Below, piece after piece: positions 18,588-26,609 of a DNA stretch of 64,000 bases (its first letter is position 1; each line of letters opens with the position of its first letter). The DNA comes from an uncultured Candidatus Micrarchaeota archaeon (GTDB lineage: Archaea; Micrarchaeota; Micrarchaeia; Micrarchaeales; CABMGC01), in assembly GCA_963753785.1 (NCBI GenBank), contig CAVWDL010000008.1, forward strand, positions 166,064 to 230,063. Direction: 5' to 3'. The notes under the pieces are model-generated. The model was not told where the DNA came from. It saw only the letters and a list, made by a program, of their open reading frames with translations, and made no database searches. The position numbers and the translations under genes were made by a program.

Positions 18588-19250
18588 ATGCCGAACTTCT
18601 TGACCTTGGATAAAAAGGGCGTTGCGCTCGCGTTCCTATTCGGAGCGATGATCTTTTTCTTCGGGGAAGATAGGGGACTGCTCTTCCTCCTGGACCTGGT
18701 CGTGTTCCTGGTCCTCTCGGCAATAGCGACCTGGCTCGGAAAGTTGAAGAAGGAGAAGATGGGCACTTACGAGAATGCCAGGGGCTGGAGGAACGTCCTT
18801 GCCAACGGGCTGATGCCGGTGGCGATCTCCTTCGCATACTTCCTGAACAGCGCGTACGGGGCGTTTCCAGGATCCTTCATCGCGATAGCATATGTCGCCA
18901 GCGTCGCGGCAATAGCCGCGGACAAGTTCGCGAGCGAGCTGGGCGTGCTTGACGGCACCCCTACGATGCTCATGACGCTCAAGAAGGTGAAGAAGGGCAC
19001 ATCAGGAGGGGTGACCGCATTCGGGCTCTCCATGAGCCTTGTGGCCGCGCTGATCATAGCGGTCAGCGCCTTCTGTATCACGGGCTCCGCGATGACGGTG
19101 GCGCTTGTCGCCGCGTCGGGATTCTTCGGCAACATAGTGGACTCCATTTTCGGCTACTACGAGGAGCAGGGAATAGGGAACAAGTACACATCCAACTTCC
19201 TGTGCTCGTTGGCGGGCGCGGCGGCGTGCCTAGTGGTGCTGGTTTATTGA
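18588..19250 (+). CDS. DUF92/TMEM19-family integral membrane protein
   Basis: The protein is polytopic and contains GWRNVLANGLMP, which is typical of DUF92. The ORF opens at 18519, but the ATG at 18588 fits the family N-terminus better. Confidence 0.6.
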   Translation: MPNFLTLDKKGVALAFLFGAMIFFFGEDRGLLFLLDLVVFLVLSAIATWLGKLKKEKMGTYENARGWRNVLANGLMPVAISFAYFLNSAYGAFPGSFIAIAYVASVAAIAADKFASELGVLDGTPTMLMTLKKVKKGTSGGVTAFGLSMSLVAALIIAVSAFCITGSAMTVALVAASGFFGNIVDSIFGYYEEQGIGNKYTSNFLCSLAGAAACLVVLVY

Positions 19251-19252
19251 GG

Positions 19253-19323
19253 TGCGAGTACCGGGATTCGGACCCGGGTCGTGAGCTTGGGAAGCTCAAA
19301 TCCTACCGCTAGACTATACTCGC
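19253..19323 (-). tRNA. tRNA-Gly (anticodon CCC)
   Basis: Hand folding gives acceptor GCGAGTA/TACTCGC, anticodon stem TGAGC/GCTCA with loop TTCCCAA, and T arm CCGGG-TCCGAAT-CCCGG. There is no intron. Confidence 0.85.
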
Positions 19324-19357
19324 AGAGTTCTGACGCGTAAAAGGATGAAAAACCTTC

Positions 19358-20140
19358 CTACCTGATGTAGTTCGGGCTCTCCCCGGGGCCGGAACCCTGC
19401 GGGACCCCCTGCATCTTTTTCGAGGCCTCCTCGAGCTCCTTTAGCATCTTCTCCGTCTCTCCCTTGAGCTTCTCTATGTCTCCCAGGGCTATCTCCTTTC
19501 CTATTATCTTCCCGGCGACTCCAAGGACCGCCTTGGCGGAGTTCGCATCGACCTCCAGAAGGCCGGTCTCTCCCATTAGGCAGGCCGCCTTGATGCCGTG
19601 CTTCTTCGCGAATGCGACTATCAGTCCGGCGGAACCCAGCACGGTCATTCCGGTGGCCTCCGTCGGCACGACCCCCTTGGCCTTGAGGTCGTCCATCGTC
19701 TTCGAGTCGGTCGCGAGCCCGAATACCCTCGGGTTCTTGACGTACTGCGCTACGGGGCTGTATCCCCCTATCGTGTATATCTGCCTGCCGCCGAGCTGCT
19801 TGAAGAATTCCACTATCTTCTCGTTGACCTCATACTGGCCCTCGGGGTTCATCGGCTGCGCGTCCCCTATCAGCAGGACGAGGTCCCTTCCTCCCTTCTT
19901 GCCCTTGACATAGTAGAACCTGTTGTTAATTAGCCTGAACGTGCCGTTCTTGAGCATTATTATCTGGTACGGGAAATACGGCGAATACAGGGTGGCGAAC
20001 CTCTTCGCCTTGAGGGTGTGCCTGAGGTGCTCGACCACCAGGTTTCCCACGCTGCCGATGCCGGGCAGCCCCACGAAAAGTATCGGATTGTTCAGTTCCT
20101 GCTTCTTATAGTATATTTTCGTATCCTTCATCCAGCTCAC
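19358..20140 (-). CDS. PAC2-family proteasome assembly chaperone (COG1938)
   Basis: The sequence ILFVGLPGIGSVGNLVVEHL...LLIGDAQP is typical of archaeal PAC2/PbaB-like proteins. The position next to aIF2-alpha is conserved. Confidence 0.7.
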   Translation of the reverse strand: MSWMKDTKIYYKKQELNNPILFVGLPGIGSVGNLVVEHLRHTLKAKRFATLYSPYFPYQIIMLKNGTFRLINNRFYYVKGKKGGRDLVLLIGDAQPMNPEGQYEVNEKIVEFFKQLGGRQIYTIGGYSPVAQYVKNPRVFGLATDSKTMDDLKAKGVVPTEATGMTVLGSAGLIVAFAKKHGIKAACLMGETGLLEVDANSAKAVLGVAGKIIGKEIALGDIEKLKGETEKMLKELEEASKKMQGVPQGSGPGESPNYIR

Positions 20141-20146
20141 CCACTC

Positions 20147-20875
20147 CTACTTCTTCAGCGTTATGCTGAAGTCCTTCTCGTACTTCTGGAGTACTGCCTG
20201 CGCCTCCTTTATCCTGCCCTCCACGTCGGGGTAGTTCGGCCCCTTGGCGGTCAGCTTGTAGTGGGGCGCGCCCTCGTAGAGAACGCCGACTCCCAGCTTC
20301 TCGACCTCCCCGAAGGCCTTCTTTATCTTTGAAATGTTCCCTGCGCCCCCGAGCGACTTGAACTCGAGCGAATACGTCACGGAGTATATCTTGGGCTTTA
20401 TGTTCTTCGCGATTATCTCGAGGAACGCCTTCTTTATGTCAGCGTCCAGCGCACCCGCGGGATCCTTGCCCTCGTAGACCATGTCGAGGAGCTCGTTGTA
20501 CGTGGTCGCGTACTGGGAGACCTTCTTTTTGATCTCGTCGATCTTCTCCTCCTTGTGCGCTGCCTGGACGGACTGGTTGAAGAACTTCTCCGCCCTCTTC
20601 TCCAGGGTGTAGTCGTTTATCTTGTCCTTCTTCTCCTTCGCAGTGACCTTCTTTAGCGATATGTCCAGTGCCTTCTTGTTCGCGTCAACGAAGACGACCT
20701 TCGCGACGTCCTTCTGGCCCTCCTTTATGAACTCCCTGATGTTCTTTATCCAGCCGGATGCGACCTCCCCGATAGGCAGGTATGCGTCCGCCTTGTACTC
20801 GACGAGTTCGCAGTACGCCCCGTGGGGCATCACCTTGGTTATATTCACGAGGATTATTTCGCCGAGCGCGGGCAA
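20147..20875 (-). CDS. eif2a: Translation initiation factor aIF-2 alpha subunit
   Basis: An N-terminal S1 domain (GEIILVNITKVMPHGAYCELVEY...LPIGEVASGWIKNIREF) is followed by the alpha-subunit C-terminal domains. Confidence 0.85.
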   Translation of the reverse strand: MPALGEIILVNITKVMPHGAYCELVEYKADAYLPIGEVASGWIKNIREFIKEGQKDVAKVVFVDANKKALDISLKKVTAKEKKDKINDYTLEKRAEKFFNQSVQAAHKEEKIDEIKKKVSQYATTYNELLDMVYEGKDPAGALDADIKKAFLEIIAKNIKPKIYSVTYSLEFKSLGGAGNISKIKKAFGEVEKLGVGVLYEGAPHYKLTAKGPNYPDVEGRIKEAQAVLQKYEKDFSITLKK

Positions 20876-20897
20876 GTCCTTTTGCAGTATCAGGCTC

Positions 20898-21179
20898 TCA
20901 CCTCTTTATCTCAATCTTCTTCTTGGCCCTTCCTCCCATTACCCTTTCGACTGATTTGTTGCAGACAGTGCACTTGAGCATTATCTTCTGCTTCTTGGCG
21001 AGCTTCTTGTTAGACAGCTTGTTCTCGGCCTTTCCTACGTATCCCTTGATCGCCCTGTAGTGCCTCCTTGATCCCACAGTCTGGCCCCTCTGGGGGCTTG
21101 CATGGTAGATGGAGACCTTGTGTGGAGTGTGCTTGTTGCAGTAGGGGCAGAACGTGTTAATTTGACTGTTTATTTTCAT
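20898..21179 (-). CDS. rpl44e: 50S ribosomal protein eL42 (L44e)
   Basis: The 93-aa ORF has a CxxC...CxxC zinc ribbon and contains KGYVGKAENK...KIMLKCTVCNK. Confidence 0.9.
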   Translation of the reverse strand: MKINSQINTFCPYCNKHTPHKVSIYHASPQRGQTVGSRRHYRAIKGYVGKAENKLSNKKLAKKQKIMLKCTVCNKSVERVMGGRAKKKIEIKR

Positions 21180-21183
21180 AATC

Positions 21184-21666
21184 TCACTGTGTTATCGTCT
21201 CTCCGATTTTGTTCTTTACAATGAACTCAGCATCTCCGCTGTTCGAAACTTCTATGACTTCACCCACCTTGAAGGGGCCTATCTTCCTTCCCTCGGCGGT
21301 TATCACCTCGGGAATGTCTGTTGTTATCTTAAGTCTAGAAAGTTTTGAGTTCGGGATGTCTTTCGTAAGTAATTTGCTTATCTCATTATATAAATACTCC
21401 TCTTCATCGGGCACCTGAGAGGGCAGCTGCCTGTCATAGGCGAGGTAAACGAGCAGCTTCTGCTTCCTCCTTTCGCGGAGTATCGCGAGCATCCTGCGCG
21501 TGTTTTCGAGCTGCTTGGCGTTCTCGCTCGTGTTCTCCCTTTCCAATGTGTTTATGAAAACGGACGCCTGCGAGTAGAAGTCTTTCTGGAGCGGTTGGAG
21601 CTCCCCCGTAACCTTTTCGGTTTGGAGTTTCGAGAAAATCGTTTCTGATGTTATCGTTGTTGACAT
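21184..21666 (-). CDS. GINS subunit (Gins51-like)
   Basis: The A-domain pattern is present (LQPLQKDFY...LRERRKQKLLVYLA...EEEYLYNEI). A B-domain-like C-terminus follows (IPEVITAEGRKIGPFKVGEVIEV). Confidence 0.6.
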   Translation of the reverse strand: MSTTITSETIFSKLQTEKVTGELQPLQKDFYSQASVFINTLERENTSENAKQLENTRRMLAILRERRKQKLLVYLAYDRQLPSQVPDEEEYLYNEISKLLTKDIPNSKLSRLKITTDIPEVITAEGRKIGPFKVGEVIEVSNSGDAEFIVKNKIGETITQ

Positions 21667-21811
21667 TTTGAACGCCTAGGAGGGCTGAGTTCCGCTATTA
21701 TTATCGACTGCTTTTTTTATTATGCTTGTTGTTTGTTAATAGGTCATACTATATACATATAATTACATAAAAGAAGACGAATAGTGGAACTGTACCCCCC
21801 TCTAGGGTTAA

Positions 21812-21886
21812 TAGCGAGGGGTGGATTTGGACCACCGATCTTCGGGTTATGAGCCCGACGGGCACTCCAGGCTACCCCACCTCGCT
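21812..21886 (-). tRNA. Initiator tRNA-Met (anticodon CAU)
   Basis: The acceptor AGCGAGG/CCTCGCT has an A1:U72 pair. The anticodon stem TCGGG/CCCGA has three G:C pairs next to loop CTCATAA. Both are archaeal initiator hallmarks. Confidence 0.85.
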
Positions 21887-21908
21887 ACAGAGTATGATTG
21901 GAACTCAA

Positions 21909-21918
21909 TTTATAAAAA
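21909..21918 (-). promoter_or_regulatory. TATA box for the initiator tRNA gene
   Basis: The minus strand reads TTTTTATAAA, 23-32 nt upstream of the tRNA 5' end at 21886. Confidence 0.4.
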
Positions 21919-21956
21919 CCTTTAAAGAAGAGAGGGAAAGGGAAAACAGGGGAAAA

Positions 21957-22757
21957 TCACTCGATTGCGGTGCTTTTCTCCTGCTCTTCCATGCTGTCGT
22001 TGAACATGTTCTGCGCCTGCTCCCTGGTCAGCTGCTTGAGCCCCTTGCCGCAGTTGTCACACTTGAACTGGTTCTCGTACGCCGCGTCGAACGGCATGAT
22101 GACCTTCTGCTCGTCATAACAGGCGTTGCAGTAGAAGAAGTCGTTGCAGTCCTCCGGCAGCCTGTAGGCCCACTCGGGCTTCCTGGTCATTATGTCCGTG
22201 TTGAGCGCCATGAGCCTCTCGTGGTTCAGGTACCACTTGAACGTCAGCCAGCCCTTGCTGTCCTTGTTGGTGTCGTACCTGGCGACCCCGTAGCTGTCCA
22301 GAACGTTGAGTATCCTCCTTACCTCGTTGATCTTTATCCCAAGGTCCGCCGCGAGCTTCTCATCCGTCTGCGGGATGTGCAGCATCCTGATTATGTTTAT
22401 GGCCTTCTTCCCCACGTTCTTCGATATGAAGTCCGAGAAAACGGCGTTGGCGAGGAGAACCTCGACCTTCATCCTGTCGCTGTCGGCCTTCATGGCCTGT
22501 TCCTTCTCCTTCTGGCGAAGTGCCGCCTTCTGAGTCTTCAGCTTGAGCGCCATGCGGGTGGCCGCCCTCTGGGCCTTCACCGCCTCCTTGTCAACAACAA
22601 CCGGCTTCTTCACTGCCGATCTGCTAAAAGAAGAGTTCCTTGTTTCGGAAGCGCGAGTGGTGTTCTTCTTCACACTCTTAGGGACGCCCTTCTTTGCGCC
22701 GCCTGCCTTGACATTAGAATGTGACTTTTTTCCACCAACCATTTTTTTCACTTCCAT
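21957..22757 (-). CDS. tfe: Transcription factor E (TFIIE-alpha homolog) with a Lys-rich N-terminal extension of about 95 aa
   Basis: The wHTH (TDEKLAADLGIKINEVRRILNVLDSYGVARY) and zinc ribbon (FYCNACYDE...FKCDNCGKGL) occupy the C-terminal 170 aa or so. The N-terminal 95 aa are K/A/S-rich. Confidence 0.75.
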   Translation of the reverse strand: MEVKKMVGGKKSHSNVKAGGAKKGVPKSVKKNTTRASETRNSSFSRSAVKKPVVVDKEAVKAQRAATRMALKLKTQKAALRQKEKEQAMKADSDRMKVEVLLANAVFSDFISKNVGKKAINIIRMLHIPQTDEKLAADLGIKINEVRRILNVLDSYGVARYDTNKDSKGWLTFKWYLNHERLMALNTDIMTRKPEWAYRLPEDCNDFFYCNACYDEQKVIMPFDAAYENQFKCDNCGKGLKQLTREQAQNMFNDSMEEQEKSTAIE

Positions 22758-22770
22758 GTAATATGCACCA

Positions 22771-22786
22771 CTTAAATAAATATTTC
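22771..22786 (-). promoter_or_regulatory. TATA-like element upstream of tfe
   Basis: The minus strand reads GAAATATTTATTTAAG, 14-29 nt upstream of the ATG at 22757. This favours the long form of TFE being translated. Confidence 0.35.
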
Positions 22787-23096
22787 GTTCGTTTGCGTTT
22801 TATCCCAGTACATTCCATAGCGGGCCTGAATCGCCGAATGAACACAACAATCTATAATATGCGGTTTTTGCTATTTATACCCTTTCCTTTCTACAATTAT
22901 AATCAGAAAAGTTGTTTTTTTGTAACACCCTATTTTCCCAAAGGGCGACCTATCCATTTAGCGCTTTCTGATATTTATATCCTCCTGAAGTTTGACGTCT
23001 ATTCCTATTATTCTCGCGGCGTTTTCACCGCCTTGCGGTATTTTTCGGAAGAAGTAGCCGACGGACATGAGTTCCTCTGTTCGCATTTCTTTGAAG

Positions 23097-23171
23097 CGGG
23101 CCCGGTGGGATTTGAACCCACGGCTTGCTGGTTAAGAGCCAGCCACTCTGACCATACTGAGTTACGGGCCC
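23097..23171 (-). tRNA. tRNA-Lys (anticodon CUU)
   Basis: Hand folding gives acceptor GGGCCCG/CGGGCCC, D stem ACTC/GAGT, anticodon stem GCTGG/CCAGC with loop CTCTTAA, and T arm GTGGG-TTCAAAT-CCCAC. Confidence 0.85.
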
Positions 23172-23183
23172 ACGCTTCAATAT

Positions 23184-24509
23184 TTACCTTACCTTCGACT
23201 TCACGAACTTCTCCACTGCCTTGTCGAGTTCGTTGCCGCGAGGCTGTATCTCGTAGGATACCTGCACTATCGGCTTGTTCGCGTTTATCAGGTGCCTAAG
23301 GTTCGTAGGCGTTGCTGATATTACTATATCGCACTCCGCCTTATTTATAGTTATTTCTAGGTCCTTAATCTGTTTTGCGCTGTAGCCCATGGCGGGCAGC
23401 TCCTTCCTGAGCGCCTTGTATTTCTCGAAAGTGTCCCTTATGGTGCCGACCGCGTACTGTTTCGCATCCACTATTTCACCCGCCCCGTACTGCTCCGCGG
23501 CCACTGTCGCCGCGCCGAAACGCATGTTCCCGTGGGTTATCGTGGGTCCGTCCTCGACGAGAAGCACGCTGTGCCCCTTTATTATCGCCTTATTGTCGGC
23601 AGTGACTATGGAGTCCGAAAGCACTATCTTCGCAGTTTTGTTTATCTGCCTGAGGTCATCCTCGACCCTCCTCACCTCGTCCGCCTCTGCGGAGTTGACC
23701 TTGTTTATAAGGAGCAGCTCCGCAAGCCTGGCCGCCGTCTCCCCTGGATAATAGGTCAGCTCGTTTCCTGCCCTTAGAGGGTCCGCGACAGTTATCATGA
23801 GATCCGGCTTTATGAAAGGCAGGTCGTTGTTTCCGCCGTCCCATATTATCACCTGCGCCTCCTTCTCCGCGCTTCGCAGTATCTTCTCGTAATCGACCCC
23901 TGCATAGACCACGAATCCGTTTCTTATGTGCGGTTCGTAGTCCTCCCTCTCCTCTATAGTAGCCTTGTACTTGTCGAGGTCCTTGAGTGTGGCGAACCTC
24001 TCCACTATCTCATCCTTCAGGACACCGTAAGGCATCGGGTGCCTTATTATGACAGTCTTTACTCCCAGCTTCCTCAGGAGCTTCGATATGTAGCGCGAAG
24101 TCGGGCTTTTTCCGCAGCCCGTCCTGACGGCGCATACTGCGATTACGGGTTTCGTCGATTTCAACATCGAGTCCTGCGGCGCAAGAAGCACGAAATCTGC
24201 CCCGCTCGCGTTGACGAGGCTCGCCTTTTCCATCACCAGAGCGTCGTTGAGGTCGCTGTACGCGAGGATGCACTTCTTCACGTGGAACTTCTTTATGAGG
24301 TCAGGAAGCTCCGATTCATCGTATGTCTTTATCCCCTTGGGGTAGAGCTTTCCGCTAAGCTCCTTCGGATAAGTCCTGCTTGAGATGAAAGGTATTTGCG
24401 CTGCGGTGAATGCGACAACATCGTATTTTTCGTTGTCCCTGAACAAAGTGTTGAACACATGGTAGTCCCTTCCTGCGGCGCCCATTATGATTATTTTTAC
24501 CCTTTCCAC
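23184..24509 (-). CDS. COG2403-type predicted P-loop GTPase (cyclic 2,3-diphosphoglycerate synthetase-like family)
   Basis: The sequence IIIMGAAGRDYHVFN...VVAFTAAQIPFI...AVRTGCGKSPTSR...IIRHPMPYG matches my recollection of this conserved archaeal family. Confidence 0.6.
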   Translation of the reverse strand: MERVKIIIMGAAGRDYHVFNTLFRDNEKYDVVAFTAAQIPFISSRTYPKELSGKLYPKGIKTYDESELPDLIKKFHVKKCILAYSDLNDALVMEKASLVNASGADFVLLAPQDSMLKSTKPVIAVCAVRTGCGKSPTSRYISKLLRKLGVKTVIIRHPMPYGVLKDEIVERFATLKDLDKYKATIEEREDYEPHIRNGFVVYAGVDYEKILRSAEKEAQVIIWDGGNNDLPFIKPDLMITVADPLRAGNELTYYPGETAARLAELLLINKVNSAEADEVRRVEDDLRQINKTAKIVLSDSIVTADNKAIIKGHSVLLVEDGPTITHGNMRFGAATVAAEQYGAGEIVDAKQYAVGTIRDTFEKYKALRKELPAMGYSAKQIKDLEITINKAECDIVISATPTNLRHLINANKPIVQVSYEIQPRGNELDKAVEKFVKSKVR

Positions 24510-24688
24510 GCGATCACATCCTCTTCTATTTCACAAAGCAAAATATAATAAGTTCGGGGCTTGTTTCTGCTTATTTTTCGCTATTTGCCAAACGTCTTTC
24601 CGAAAGCAGTTTTTCGACGTCAAAACCCACTCAAAAGGTTTATATGCATTCAACTGCAAGCTATTAACTGGGTAACCAGTAGATTTTC

Positions 24689-26600
24689 ATGCCAAACGAG
24701 GGAGATGAGTATAACTCATCAAAAATTGTAGTGCTAGAAGGCACGCAGGGAATCCGAAAAAGGCCCGCGATGTACATCGGCACGACGGGAAGCAACGGAG
24801 TGCTCCATCTTCTATTCGAAGTGCTCGACAACGCCATTGACGAGGCTCTCGCAGGGTACGCCAAGAACATCTCCGTCCACCTGACGCAGAACGACAAGGG
24901 CGACATAGCCGAGGTCACCGACGACGGGAGGGGCATACCTGTGGGGATAATGCCGAAGTACAACAAGAGCGCCCTCGAGATAATAATGACGACGCTCCAC
25001 AAGGGAGCCAAGTTCTCAAACGAAACGTACAAAATATCTGGAGGTCTGCACGGAGTCGGCCTCACCGTAGTAAATGCGCTCTCCGAGTTCACGATAGTCA
25101 CAGTAAAGAGTTCAGATGGCAAGACCTACAGGCAATCTTTCGCGAGGGGCGTTCCTCAGACGGAACTGCTGACCTTAGGGGAATCCACAGGGACCGGCAC
25201 GACCGTGGTGTTCAAACCCGACGAGGAGATATTCCAGGCATCTCCGAAATTCGATTCAACTCAACTAATAGAGAGGCTGAGGTACCTCTGTTTCCTGAAC
25301 CCACTGCTGAAGATAACACTCACCGATGATAGGTTCAACTCCCACGAGCAGATGACTTTCTTCTCCGAGAAGGGAATGGAGGATTTCCTGGTATTTGTCA
25401 GCGGGGACCAGACGCCGATATCGAAGCCGATACGCGACAGGAGGAACGATAACGGAATAATCGTGGATTTTGCAATGCAGTATGTGGCCTCGTACGACGA
25501 AAGGCTAGAATCTTTCGTGAACAACATAAAGACAGGAGACGGAGGAACCCATGTCGTCGGTTTCCACGCGGGCCTCACAAGATCACTGATAAACTACATG
25601 GCAAAGAACAGCAAGACAGACGCCAAGATCACAGGCGAAGACACGAGGGAAGGCCTCTGCGCGGTTCTCAGCGTCCTCATGCCGAACCCTGAGTTCGAGG
25701 GGCAGACGAAAGGGAAGCTCGGAAACCCCGAGATAAAGAGCGCCGTCGAGACTGCAGTTTACACGAAGCTTACTCGATACCTGGAGGAGCATCCTCAGGA
25801 CGCGAAAATCATAATAGAGAAAGTAGTGAACGCCATGAGCGCGAGAGAGAGCGCGAAAAGGGCGAGGGAGCTCGCGAGGAAGAGGAGCATATTCGAGAGC
25901 GCCGTGCTTCCCGGAAAGCTCGCGGACTGCATAGACGACGACCCGAACAAGGCAGAGCTGTTCATCGTGGAGGGCCCTAGCGCCGGAGGGTCCAGCAAGG
26001 AGGGCAGGGACAAGCAGATTCAGGCCATACTTCCGCTGAGAGGAAAGATACTCAACGTGGAGAAGGCAAGCGACGACAGGATATTCGAGAGCGCGGAGCT
26101 GAACACGATGGTGACCGCCCTAGGCACCGGGATAAGGGAGACGTTCAACGCAGAAAAGGTCAGGTACAAGAAAATAATACTCATGAGCGACGCCGACGTG
26201 GACGGGAGCCACATAAGGACGCTTCTTTTGACCTTCTTCTACAGGTTCCTGAAGAAGCTGATAGAGCAGGGCTATGTCTACATAGCGCAGCCTCCGCTAT
26301 ACAAGGTCACCTCGGGAAAGAGCGTGCACTACTGCTACAGCGACGAGGAGCTTGAGAAGGTCAAGGAAAAGCCTGGACAACAAGATGGAGGTGCAGAGGT
26401 ACAAGGGACTCGGAGAGATGAACCCCGAGCAGCTCTGGGAAACGACGATGAACCCCGAGAAGAGGATGCTGAAGAGGGTCAACATATCGGACGCAAAGAG
26501 GGCGAACGAGCTTTTCGTGATACTCATGGGCCTTGACGTGCAGAGGAGGAGGAAGTTCCTCGAGGAGCACTCCGGGGACGTGAAGTTCCTTGACATATAG
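24689..26600 (+). pseudogene. gyrB: DNA gyrase subunit B, frame broken once near the 3' end (pseudogene or consensus error)
   Basis: The GHKL ATPase, Toprim and tail are recognisable (KRPAMYIGTT..., EGPSAGGSSKEGRD). The frame changes at about 26372 (extra C). The conserved C-terminus [21 protein letters not shown] continues in the ORF ending at 26600. Confidence 0.9.
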
Positions 26601-26609
26601 TGTGTAATC

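Noticed and set aside
18350-18613. An 87-aa plus-strand ORF and a 114-aa minus-strand ORF (18422-18766) in the radA-DUF92 spacer.
   Set aside because: Both overlap the DUF92 5' region in other frames. They have no motifs and show atypical composition. The spacer is better explained as a divergent promoter region.
13447-23171. Introns, split halves or permutation in the four tRNA genes, which might be expected given the broad-specificity-type EndA.
   Set aside because: All four tRNAs (Glu-UUC, Gly-CCC, iMet-CAU and Lys-CUU) fold as continuous 71-75-nt cloverleaves. Their 7-nt anticodon loops are standard and there is no bulge-helix-bulge insert.
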